Shown here piece by piece: positions 52,887 through 64,000 of a DNA stretch of 64,000 nt. A model generated the notes under the pieces. It saw only the letters and a program-made list of their open reading frames with translations. It did no database searches and was not told where the DNA came from. Position 1 is the stretch's first letter. Each line of letters begins with the position of its first letter. This DNA is from Ophelia neglecta. Its lineage: Eukaryota. Position numbers and translations under genes: made by a program. Location: the NCBI GenBank assembly GCA_965285935.1, contig OZ260665.1, forward strand, positions 74,462,001 to 74,526,000. Reading direction: 5' to 3'.

Positions 52887-54884
52887 TATAGCTATTGAGG
52901 GGAGATGGAGAGCGTATCAGCTAGGATTGTAAAGCTATTAAAGTGTAGTTGCTGCACATTAGCAAGGGGCATGGGAACACAAACATACACGATGGCTATG
53001 AAGGCCTGAGGTGACTGGGGAGGTCAGGTGGATCAAAGGTCCTCCAGGGAGTCAGCTTCTACCTGGGGATTGGTGACCCTTCCTGAGAGGGCAGAATGTG
53101 TGTCTCCTCCAAGAGACAGGTGTTTATCCCTTACAGAAATATATGTCTCCTCCCAGAGACAGGGATGAGAATGGGAAACTTTGAAAAACCCTAAAAATGC
53201 CAGGGGTATGTCTGGGGGTTTTAAAGGGGGGCAAAATACTCCACGGAAAATTCTCATGCCTGCAGAGACGGATGTGTGTCTTCTTCCTGGGGTATTTCCC
53301 CTCCCAGAGAGTGACATGTCCCCCCAGAGAGAAGGGTGTCCACTCCCGGAGAGGTATGTGTGTCCCCTACTAGGGGGACCTAGTGTTTACATGTCACAAG
53401 GGGCAACTAGTGGAAAGAGGAGGGCATGTCATTCCCCTCTCTCCCCCGCCCCCCTTCCCTATTCCAACCGGGTAAGGTCTGTCCTGACAAGGTGTAGGCA
53501 GATTATACAGGGGGCTGCTTGTGTTAAGTGTTTAAGTCCATTACATGACATTTATGATCTTAAAGGATGTTAAATATGGATGTAAATCTTTGTCAAGTCC
53601 AAGAATTTTCAAACATAAGTTTGTAATTCTGAAAAGTGACATCTTAGAAAGATAACTTAAAAGTTATAAAGTTATTGGTATTTCAATAATCTCTTTGAGG
53701 TCTTCACTTCTGGCACGGATTATGGGCCTGCCACATGTAAAACAACACTTTTATGGACAAGCACTTTGCAGCCATCACTCTGAATAAGACAAGAGCTCAA
53801 CTCCAAGACAACACTTGTCACAGAAAAATATTCAGATGTTGAGAAACCTCAATGAGTAAATTTTTCTAGCAGTTCTAGATGTGCCTTGACACACTGGCAC
53901 ATATACCAAGTCCACAGACAACACTATTATAAATACTCTGATATATTCCAGGCATTGGTGTGAATTTTTACATTGGTTTTTGTTAGTGTAAGATCTTTGT
54001 TAGCATGTCTATTTGCTGCTTTTGTTTGGGGGCTCTTAAAGTTCTGTTGAATAACAAATTGGATTTCATTTGATTATAAATGGATTAGGGACTTGATGAA
54101 ACCAGAAGTCTCAATCTGGATTGCAGGTGAAGGATCTCTATTATAAAAGGTTATCAAGAGACATACAGACCCCTGCCTGGAGTGCCGAGGACCAGAGTCT
54201 GGCAATAAGTGCCAACCAGATATCATGACCTGGTGTGTTGGTGTTAAGGAGGAGGTTGGGGTTATTCTGGAGGGTCAGGCAGGGAAGGGGCAGATTCAGG
54301 CATGGGAACGGAGCAGGAGCTCCTTTTTAGGGTGGGCTTGGGTGGGCGAGTGCTAGGGGGAGGGGGGGGGGGGATGGAGAGCTCCTCTTCCAATAAAGGT
54401 CAACTCAACACATAATGGGAGCAGGTTAATGGGGCTATAACCCATAGTAACCCAAAAATATATTGTGAGCCATAACCTGTAAGTTTATTCAATATTCCAA
54501 AACCCATTTTTAGGTTATTGTATGTACAGTGATCACTCCCATTCTGTGCTCAATGAGAGAGGACTGTCCTGCCTCCCACACCTCATGGAGATCTCGAGAG
54601 TGTTCTAGGGGCAGTGCTCCCTTTCCACTCCCTGATCCCCAGGACAAGACCCCCTTCCCTATAACTCAGGATCAGTGTCTACAGACCCCAGCCAGTCAGG
54701 TTTGTATGTGTAAAAACAGCAGGCAGCAGTGGCCAACGGTGGCATCATCTCGAAAACATAAACTTAAATCCTTGAAATTAACCCCCGTAATAAATGTCAG
54801 ATGTCTGGGCAGCACTGAGAGCAGCATGATCAGGCCTCTAAACATGTCCCTAAACACACTACACCCAGAGGTCTGCTAACCACT

Positions 54885-55530
54885 GGAAGCTGTGTGATGG
54901 GTGTCTGTTCCCAAAGGGGTTCTATGTCTTAGGACCCCACATGGGTCTGCTAGCCCTTGGAAGAAGTGGGATAGGTGTCTGTTCCCAAGGGGTTCTGGGT
55001 TTTAGGACCCCCCATGGGCCTGCTAGCCCTTGGAAGATGTGTGATGGGTGCCTGTTCCCAAAAGGGTTCTATGTCTTAGGACCCCCCATGGGTCTGCTAG
55101 CCCTTGGAAGAAGTGGGATGGGTGTCTGTTCCCAAGGGGTTCTGGGTTTTAGGACCCCCCATGGGCCTGCTAGCCCTTGGAAGATGTGTGATGGGTGCCT
55201 GTTCCCAAAAGGGTTCTATGTCTTAGGACCCCCCATGGGTCTGCTAGCCCTTGGAAGAAGTGGGATGGGTGTCTGTTCCCAAGGGGTTCTGGGTTTTAGG
55301 ACCCCCCATGGGTCTGCTAGCCCTTGGAAGATGTGTGATGGGTGTCTGTTCCCAAGGGGTTCTGGGTTTTAGGACCCCCCATGGGCCTGCTAGCCCTTGG
55401 AAGATGTGTGATGGGTGCCTGTTCCCAAAAGGGTTCTATGTCTTAGGACCCCCCATGGGTCTGCTAGCCCGTGGAAGATGTGGGATGGGTGTCTGCACCC
55501 AAAGGGTTATGGGTCTTAGGATCCCCCAGA
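54885..55530. repeat. Tandem array of alternating 74/73-bp monomers (147-bp higher-order dimer), ~8.7 monomers
   Basis: GGAAG unit starts at 54885, 54959, 55032, 55106, 55179, 55253, 55326, 55399 and 55473. Confidence 0.93.
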
Positions 55531-57094
55531 GGGGATGGCTGTGTCCTCCTAAAGGGGGCTCTGGAGGCTAAGCTTCCCCCCCCCTTCCCCCCTCCCCAAG
55601 TAGATGCGGCCATCCCACACCCTCTACCTGCACCCGGACCACCCAGAGAGCACCCTAGCACCCATAGTTCACAATCATGTCATTCACTTTATCTCAAATG
55701 CATACATTGAAAAATAATTAAGGCCACCGTACATGTACGCTAAAATGATGGGAAACTGACTCTGTTTAAAGCAACATAAAAATTACTGAGAAACACACAT
55801 TCTAGTTTAGATTCTTAGTACAAACATTTTTTAATGTAGCAGACACAACATTCACTTTGCTGTCATGTTTCATTCAGCTACTTAAACAGTTCATCGGCAG
55901 AGAGCGAGGGTTTAATTTGCACGTCAGACGCGGAACATGACAACCACCAATATCAACATCCTTCCTGTTTTTTGTTAGCAAAGCAAAACCAAGAAAAATG
56001 CTTAAATTCTCACTGGATCATAGTTTTCCACAAGGTCACCCACAACTGGCTGCCATCTTGAACAAACACTTACTCAGTTCAGGCCCTGGCTGCCCCGGTA
56101 ACAGGCAAAAAATCAAACGATTCTATAAATATTGACCTTTCAGCAGTAAATCATGGACACCACAGTTTACAATACATGCTAACGTCCTAATGACTGAGAG
56201 GCTCTGGTCAGTGTCCCCCCTGGTGGATTTAGAGGGGAAACACAGGGGTACAGGCCCCCCTTCTTTATACCTGTCAAAATCAGTAGGCACTGTTGGAATT
56301 CAACAGGCCCTCAAAATTTACCACAAAAATGTGCTGCCAAAAAATATACAGGCCCACCAGGCATGGAGGGTTGTATTATAATAGGCCCGCAGCTAAAGTG
56401 AGTGGCCCTGGCCTACAGGCCTATGCTTATTTTTTTCCCTGAGATAGTAAACACCCATCTCCCACCCTCATTTATCCCGCAGAGCACCCTCTGGGAGCAG
56501 ACACCCATATCCAACCCTCACTCAGGCCTCAGACCATCCTCTGAGAGAGGAGACCCTACATCTGACAATGGTGCCCCTCTGTGCTTTGAGGGAGTAAAAC
56601 AGAGGTCAGTTTATTTACCTCAGAGGTCAGTTTATTTGCCGAGGACATTAGACAAGCAGGGGTTCTTCTGTGTATACCTCAAGACACATACAGACCCTCT
56701 AGTATGTACATTACCATAACTCATCATGGAGATACCACAAACATTGGGCAAAACCTCAAAGCCTGTTCGTATCCCGATGGTAAGGGGGAGCTGGAAAGGG
56801 GGAGCCAGAAAGGGGGAGCCAGAAAGGGGGAGCCAGAAAGGGGGATGACGGGTCTTATACCCTTTACTTCCTGGATAACAAAGTAACAGTTCAAATTTAT
56901 CAAGCTACAGAATACCAGTATGAAAAGGGTTAAATTAATAGGGCCTAAGGCAAACTTATCCAAACTGGATATTAATATTGAACTCAAAATAGCATAAACT
57001 TAGTTATCAAACTTACTGGCCAGTTCTGATAATTCTTCACCTTTGGTAGTTAGGTGACCCCAAAAGGTTCTTCAAATGTCAACACAATGTCCAC

Positions 57095-57262
57095 TATTCA
57101 CAGATCCTACAGCCCAGCAGTGGTGTCCAAGTGTCTGATTAAAACTTATCTTCACCTTCTACACATCCTACAGCCCAGCAGTGGTGTCCAAATGTCTGAT
57201 AAAAACTGATCATCACCTTCCACAGGTCCTACAGCCCAGCCGTGGGATCAGAATGTCTGAAA
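57095..57262. repeat. 61-bp tandem repeat, ~3 copies
   Basis: CCTACAGCCCAGC at 57106, 57167 and 57228, each followed by TGTCTGA. Confidence 0.85.
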
Positions 57263-57671
57263 CTGACTGTCCTTCTTTCCTGAGGCCTGATTGAGCATGT
57301 TGAACAACCCCCACTCACACAGTATTTGTTATAGGTCAGTTAAATCCTAATGCTGCTGAGATGAGCAGTGGCCAGTTTAAACAAGACCAGGCCAAGCCTC
57401 TGGCCTCAGGTGGAGAAAACAGAAAGAACAAACTTGGGAAATGCTACACCCCGGCACCACCCAAATCGTGACCAGGGAGCCAGGTAACGTGAACCCCTCT
57501 GTAGAGTCAGCACAACAATCGTCTCTGGGTGCAGCAGGTACGTGTCTGAGACATCGGCCCCTGACATCACAGGGTTCTGCACACACTGCACACACAGGCC
57601 GCTGGGATCTCCAGGGAGCAGAACTAGACTTACAATAGTTAGGAAGAGTGTCCACTCTGTTTTTGTGATTG

Positions 57672-58046
57672 AAGGGGGGGAGGTGTAGCAGGTTGTCTTC
57701 TCCGTGCTTTCCGACCCCCTCTGGGAGTAGGCACCCATCACCCACCCTCAAGACTAGCCCTTTAGTAAGGAAGGGTCCGGACACCCATGCTGAAGGGGGG
57801 GGGAGGTTGAAGAAGGTTGTCTCCTCCCAGTCCTCTGACCCCCTCTGGGGGGAGACACCCATCACCCACCCTCAAGACTAGCCCTTTAGTAAGGAAGTGT
57901 CCTGACACCCATGCTGAATGGGGGAGGGGGGGGGGGGTTGTAGAAGGTTGTCTCCTCCCAGTCCTCTGACCCCCTCTGGGGGGAGACGCGCATCACACAC
58001 CCTCTAGACTAGCTCTATAGTAGGAAGGGTCCGGACACCCATGCTG
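57672..58046. repeat. Tandem triplication, ~125-129-bp unit
   Basis: Three copies of poly-G/AGGTTGTCT...ACCCCCTCTGGG...CATCACCCACCCTCAAGACTAGC...AGGAAGGGTCCGGACACCCATGCTG. Confidence 0.9.
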
Positions 58047-61000
58047 TGCTCTAAATCAGCTGCTCTCTTTCACTTTGCACCTCAAGGAAGATCTAGATTT
58101 CTCACACCAAACAGTTGTATGCTATCAAGTGGTTGTTTTAAGTTTGAGGCTAGACCCCTATTTCATCCTCGGGGAGATACCCGGTAGTTGCTTTTTAATT
58201 TAACTAAAAACTAGATAAACTGACCCTGATATTTCAGCATGGGACTGAACTAAGAATTGGGAGGGGTCAGGGTTCCCTCAGGGTTCAGTTGGAGGGGGTA
58301 TGCCCCAAGAAAGGGGGGGGGGTCTGAGTGATGAGACCCCAGAACCCCCCTTATGGGAGGGGATACCAATCACACACATTAAGTTCCATCCCCAGAGCAA
58401 TTTGTAGAAAAAATATACATGTGCCTCCCCCCCTCCCCTGTTCACTTTCACTCCCCTATATCTCATCACAAGAGATAGAACATTTGTCAAAAAGTAAGCC
58501 AGCTGTCGGAAAAATTGGGAATATTACTAACCACTTTGAACACTGAGCTTTTAGACTATCAGACTCCCGAGTCTTTGGCTGGTAAAGCTACAGGTTTCTC
58601 CTTAGCTTCATCTCAAAACTCATTAGGCACACATACCTCTCAAAATTATCAATTTAACACAATACCCAGAGCTAGGTGGGTGTTATACTGGTGTGGGGCC
58701 CTGCTAACTTTGGGCTCTGCCAGGCCTCTGGATGTGAATCACCTTGGTGATGTGATGGTCAATTTACTGTACAGTTCAAGTGAGACGGAAAATAACAACT
58801 CTACACAAAGACTTTAGTATAACAGTATGGAAAACTACCTACTGGAATCCATGTTTTAGCAAGTATCACATACAAAAAAACTAATAAAACAGGGTTTTTG
58901 CAGCTTAAATATCTTCTAAACTTTTTGTGCATAAACTTCAACTTATTGCCGAGATTCTTTTCTAAATGGAATGTCTATATTAATTTTTTATTAAGTATCC
59001 TTTTCTTCATATGTAATCTAACTTCTTTTTTTTTAATTACAAAACTATAACATTGGCAAATTAGTTCCATGTTCAGAATCAACAAATTTCTGAAAAACTA
59101 ACAGTTTGGATGAAAAGTAGGCCAGAAAAAAGCCAGTAAAAACGAAGGCAGACGGTTCGCATTATCTGAGGTGTCCTGTTGCTTTCTGCTCACCTGAGGC
59201 CAAGAGAGGGTAATGCTGTCAAGATAAAGTAATAAGAGAAAATAAAGTACAGCACCTAGAGAGTGCTCCTGGCAGTTGTAGAAGTGGGGAGGGGGCTTTA
59301 ATGTGGAGGTATAGGACCATCTTCTACTGTCCGTTACAGGGGGGGGGGGGGGGCATTAAGGTGGATGTATAGGATCATCTTCTACTTTCTGATGGGGGGA
59401 GGGGGGGGGGAGATCAAGATGGAATTCAGGGACAGAACTGTCTTATACTATCAGATGGAGGGGTAGAAGGAGAATCTGGGGAAGGACCATGATCCACTTT
59501 CCACAAACTGCTCAAGAGACAAGAGCCCATCTGGATGTTGGAAGAGGGGGTACCCTTTCCATCAGGGGGTCCAGGGACACCCATCCAGGGTCACACATCT
59601 GGGACATCCATCCCACACCCACCCATGATAACAGACCCCTTTCCAATACTCTAGCTGTGCTCCTGGTACTGTAGCCAAACACCTGTCTACTTGTAGGTCA
59701 CTAAGACCCTTGTGGCTAAAAAAAAACAGGTGCAAAAAAGTTATAAACACCACACAACTTTGTCTCTGATAGTTCAGCTCTGGCTATACCTGACATATAC
59801 CTGTGTACTAACATGGCTAACAATCAATTTTTACACACTACTTATCCAATTATACAATTAATTAGTTTATTCCAAGCACTTTTTAAAAAAGGAATTAACT
59901 GGTTCATATTTGGCTTGGAAATTAGAACAAAATGCAAAATCAATTATAATGTGCTATATACACCAGCTCTGTTTGTTCTTGTTATAACAACAGAGATGCT
60001 AGCCTCTGGTGGAGCCTAGAAGGAGGGGGGGGGGGGGAGGTTCAGGGCCTCAATGGATTCAACTTGAGGCTTCACACATTCTGTTGTGAGTTTGCGAGGA
60101 TCATCCTAAGATAGGGGGATATACTCTCATTGAATTTCCTAAAATCCTTTTCGTTATTTCGAAGTGGAAGAAAATTTCATAAAATTTAAGCATTGCTGGG
60201 TGAAGGGGTCCAAGTTTTCAGTATTTTGTGAAATTTCAAGTTTGAGAATGCAAGATTTTGACACTCAGTCCTCTTGACCCCACAGACCCCCTTTGGGAGG
60301 GGACAGCCACACAAAACAAACAAAAAACCTTTTCAGAAGTCCCAAATCTTTTCGTTCTATCTAGTCTGGGTGTACAATATGCATACATCCCTGCTTTTTG
60401 ATCCCAGTCGCCCCTGGTTGGCCAGGTCTGTTAGTCTCTCTCTGGCTGCCGGCCAGGCCAGCGGGCCTATCTATAGCATACCCCTGGAGAGATGTCAATC
60501 CCTCATCTGACCAATAACCTGCCAGTTTTTAATCTTCTTGGCATAAACCTAAGATCACCTGACAGAGCTGGTATTTAAATTATGTTCACTTCCCTCCAGG
60601 AGATCCATAAACCAGTCAAATCAAGAAAAAGGCTTAAGTATATTGCATCTTGAATAGGAAAAAATTGTTAAAAAACACAGTCTTAGTACTTAGATGGAAA
60701 GGATTATTTTGTCCATTCTACTTGAAATAGTTTAAGCCAAGGATGTCTTGGATGTCTGACAGATCCATATTCAGTTCAATGTTCTCTATACTGCAGGTTT
60801 ATAAGACCATAGTAGTATCAGACAGTATTACTGCTCCTTGTGCAGACACCAGTGATTTGGTTCTTGGTTGCCAGACATAGTTACGACCAATGTTATTCTC
60901 ACCAACTAAAGATTCCATTGGCAGGGCATAAAATATCTCTTGACTCTGTCTACTGGCGTCTAGCACTACCAGATGTAGGCCAGAGGCAAGGGGGTCAGAA

Positions 61001-61085
61001 AAAACTTGTTATCCAATAATTTGCTCCCTGTGACTTGAGCCTAAAGATGTAAATACTTGAGGGTGTGCCATGGGTGACCTCTCCC

Positions 61086-61411
61086 TCACTAAAGCGTGGC
61101 CAAGTGGTTAGGGCATCCCCCTCGCAAGTGGGAGATTGGGGTTTGAAGCTCGATCGCGTCAAACCTAAGACGTAAAAATAGGTACTGATAGCTCCCCTGC
61201 CAGGCGCCCGGTATTTCGGGGGTAATATCAGGACTGGTCAACCAACTGGTCAGTATAATGTGACTGGGTGGGGTTCCCTGTCTGGTGTCTACGGTAGGTA
61301 CTCCAGTGAGGCAGCACTCTAAAGAGGGCATTGAGCCCACTGTCACAAGTAGGCACAGTGGCGATATGACCAGATAAGTGTTGAAAGCCACGTAAAACCC
61401 CAAACAACAAC
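61086..61411 (+). mobile_element. tRNA-derived SINE, apparently full length, with Meta/MESC-like core and (CAA)n tail
   Basis: A-box TGGCCAAGTGG (61097-61107) and B-box-like GGTTTGAAGCTC (~61140). Core is GTCAAACCTAAGACGTAAAAATAGGTACTGATAGCTCCCCTGCCAGGCG; tail is TGTTGAAAGCCACGTAAAACCCCAAACAACAAC. A 10-bp direct repeat GACCTCTCCC sits at 61076-61085 and 61412-61421. The core family name is from recall. Confidence 0.85.
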
Positions 61412-62404
61412 GACCTCTCCCAGGGGGGGAGGGAGGGGGGAGGATGTTTTTCACCAATCTTCTCCAAGCAGGGGGGCTGGGAGCTAGGCCCCTACACCTC
61501 CCTATTCACAGAAGTAACTGTTTCTATCCAGTGAGCAGCTAAGGGGACTGTGTCCCCTCCCAGAGGCAGGTCTGTGGACTGAATTTCCAGACCCTCTGCT
61601 TGGAAGTGATGGGTCCCAAGTCTCCCCTCTGGGAGGGGACACACAGTTCTAGCTGCTCTCTGAATAGTTCAGTTTTCCCAGTTTGAGCATGAGATAGGTG
61701 TCTCCTCTGAGAATGGGGTCTGGGAGCTAAAAGGAGGGTCTGTAGGCTTAGCTGCCTCCCTTTCACGGGGGGTATGGATCCCCGCCCGTCTAGGAGCAGG
61801 CACCAACCTCACACCTCACTGTGAAGTCGTCCAAGCTAGATCTGTCTCCAGCTCTGCCGTTCCTTCTCGCCACCACAAAGTGAATCTCACATCCTCTTCA
61901 CAGCAATAAAAATAAAAGCATGTAAGGTCATTCCTCTCCAGTGTGCATCACTGAACGAGAAAAATGGTGAGTATTTTAGTTGTCCATAGGGACATGCTTA
62001 AATTCAATTGAGAGAGTAAGCTATAAAACAAGAGCTTAAGACAAGTGCTAAGGAAGGCCACGTGGTGTCCCTTAGGAGTGCTGGCAGGCGTCATTTGCTA
62101 TTATCTAAATGTTTTTCTTCTCAAACTCACTTTTTTAACACCACCAAGAGAAAGTGTCTTGAGTGGATGTAATTGGGATAAAAAACAAGTTCCATTTCAG
62201 ACAAAGAAAGTTCAATAGATGTCTCTCTGTTTAGGGGCAGTCAGAAGGGATTGAGTTGCTTTCAGAAAGGGAGGGGAAAACGCTGAGGAGGGGGCATGAG
62301 GGAGGGAGACCCACTTTGGCCATTCATAAGTTAGCCCCGTGCGGAGACTAGAAGATGTGGTATGAGTGTCAGAGAAGGACCAGCAGTGGTTACATCCATT
62401 CTAT

Positions 62405-62562
62405 CTGAACTGTTAACTCGTCCCCCTACTGGAAACATTCGGAACTCTTTAACTCGTCCCCTTACTCGAAGCAATCTGAACTGTTAACTAGTCCCCTTAT
62501 TGGGAACAAGCTGAAATCTTAACTAGTCCCCTTATTGGGAACAATCTGAACTCTTAACTCGT
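62405..62562. repeat. ~35-bp tandem repeat, ~4.5 copies
   Basis: Variants of CTGAACTGTTAACTCGTCCCCTTATTGGGAACAAT. Confidence 0.8.
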
Positions 62563-62610
62563 CTTAATATCAAGATTAAAGAGCATGATCTGTTTTGACC
62601 TAATAATCAG

Positions 62611-62984
62611 GCCCCGGTTTCTGGGAGCGGTCTTAACTCTAAACTCGGATTAAAATCAGGATTAAAGTGCTTAATCGGTCTTAACTCACTAATCGAGGTT
62701 TCTGGAAGCTGGATTAGGTCTTAAACCAAGCCATTTTGGTCTTAAACTTCATCCTGGTCAGTGGAAACATTGCTTAACATGGCCTCAGCTAATCGGTCTT
62801 AGGCTAATCTAATCCCAAAACGTAAGACCCCTTCCAGAAACGGCCCCAGGGTTTCTGGACGCTGGTCTTGGTGTTAAACCCAGACTTTTTGGTGTTACCC
62901 GTAATCTTAATCCTGGTCAATGAAAACACTGATTAGCTTGGTCTCAGCGATCTCTTAACTTAAGAGCACTTCTAGAAACAGGCC
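62611..62984. mobile_element. Composite palindromic MITE (PIF/Harbinger-like, CAG flanks) with duplicated internal and right-end module
   Basis: CAG|GCCCCGGTTTCTGGGAGCGGTCTTA ... TAAGACCCCTTCCAGAAACGGCCC|CAG (~62846), then a second right end TAAGAGCACTTCTAGAAACAGGCC|CAG. Segments 62698-62805 and 62851-62960 are similar to each other. Confidence 0.6.
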
Positions 62985-64000
62985 CAGCCTGTCAAAAGAG
63001 CCTTCATTTATCAACAAAACACTAAAATGCCAATGTTTAGGATGAAGTATTTAGGCCTTTCTATCAGAGAATAAAGCTGTAAGTCATATAACACAGCGTA
63101 TGCAAGACGACTCGATTGAAAATATAGCACTTTCTAAAACTATGTGCTATTTCCATATTTTTGCAGTCAAGGCTTTGAATATAAGACAGATACCCGTTTC
63201 CAAAGCAGAGGTTTAACTTGAGGCCTGTAATTAGCCGTCTTTCAATGCTACTTTCCCTCTTGTCAAACCTGATAGGGAAGCATAATGCAGAACCTCAAAA
63301 AATATACTTCATATCTTCACCTGCCATCTAATGACAGAATAATTATGAGGTTATATTTTTATGTAGAACATACATATTTTGTCAATAGGTGTGGACAAGT
63401 TGAGTTGATCAAGCTATTGCTGTAGTTTCCAATTACAATATTACATTAAAATATTTTTCACATTCAGACAATACAATTCTGTGTGTTGCCAAAAGAACAT
63501 GTCTAATGATTTCAGTTTGGAAACTTGATAAGGGATTAAATGTGTTGTATTAGAAAGACAACTTTACCTCCCAAGAAGGCCTTTCAGGCAGAACAATGTC
63601 CATTTGACTGGGAGTCTACAAAGGATATCACAAAAACAGCCAAATCTTGACATCAAAACTGTCTACATAGACAGAGAGCACACCACAAACTATCAATCTG
63701 TCTTTAAACTACAATCTTAATTATCATATTCGGCTTGTATAGTATCAGAACAAGTATTCTAGAGCTCACTTGTAGATAAAAATGTGGACATGGGGGAGGG
63801 AAGGGGGGTATGGGCCCCCTCCCCTAGGAGGGAGTATTATAGGAGGGGTCCCTAGGCCCACCCTAGGGGGTGGGGTTGTGGACCCATCTTAAGGGGGTCA
63901 GGGGTCCCCCTGGGGCTGGCATCTGGGCCCACCCATGGGAGGGTCTTGGCTCCCCATGGGGGCAGGGGGGCTTTGAAGCCACCCTAAGGTGGCAGGAACA

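Noticed and set aside
57377-57865. 162-aa Cys-containing ORF (CAVCAEPC) resembling a zinc finger
   Set aside because: It begins in a tandem repeat, the Cys spacing fits no known finger, and there are no supporting splice signals.
61086-61160. tRNA gene
   Set aside because: A and B boxes are present, but the B box is degenerate, there is no convincing cloverleaf, and the sequence continues into a SINE core and tail flanked by a TSD.
49594-64000. Expected upstream Caskin ankyrin exon (…KTPLDLACEFGR…)
   Set aside because: I could not find it by eye. It probably lies beyond the window end, implying an intron over 14 kb, though a missed exon cannot be excluded without tBLASTn.

Overview
This is animal genomic DNA, not prokaryotic. 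It is AT-rich, CpG-depleted and mostly intronic; the SINE and MITE types suggest a lophotrochozoan, probably a mollusc (inference). The whole window lies inside one minus-strand, multi-exon Caskin-family scaffold gene (ankyrin repeats, atypical SH3, low-complexity linker). I reconstructed six GT-AG coding exons by hand with mutually consistent phases: 49593-49463, 44365-44257, 36763-36655, 11902-11808, 3816-3699 and 1537-1313. I found no start exon, first ankyrin exons or SAM/C-terminal exons, so these probably lie outside the window. Nearly all ORFs in the supplied track are spurious. The introns contain a tRNA-derived SINE with a 10-bp TSD, several MITE families (one nested in itself), a very abundant G/C-rich dispersed repeat that seeds minisatellites, and many tandem arrays. 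The best candidate for something new is a putative internal first exon at 18860-18803. It has a strong Kozak ATG, encodes MDLLCCTQDRARKVQLKKR and ends in an AG|GTAAGT donor that splices in frame onto the SH3 exon. It would give an ankyrin-less Caskin isoform with a di-cysteine/polybasic membrane anchor. I see no CRISPR array, operon or autonomous transposon.
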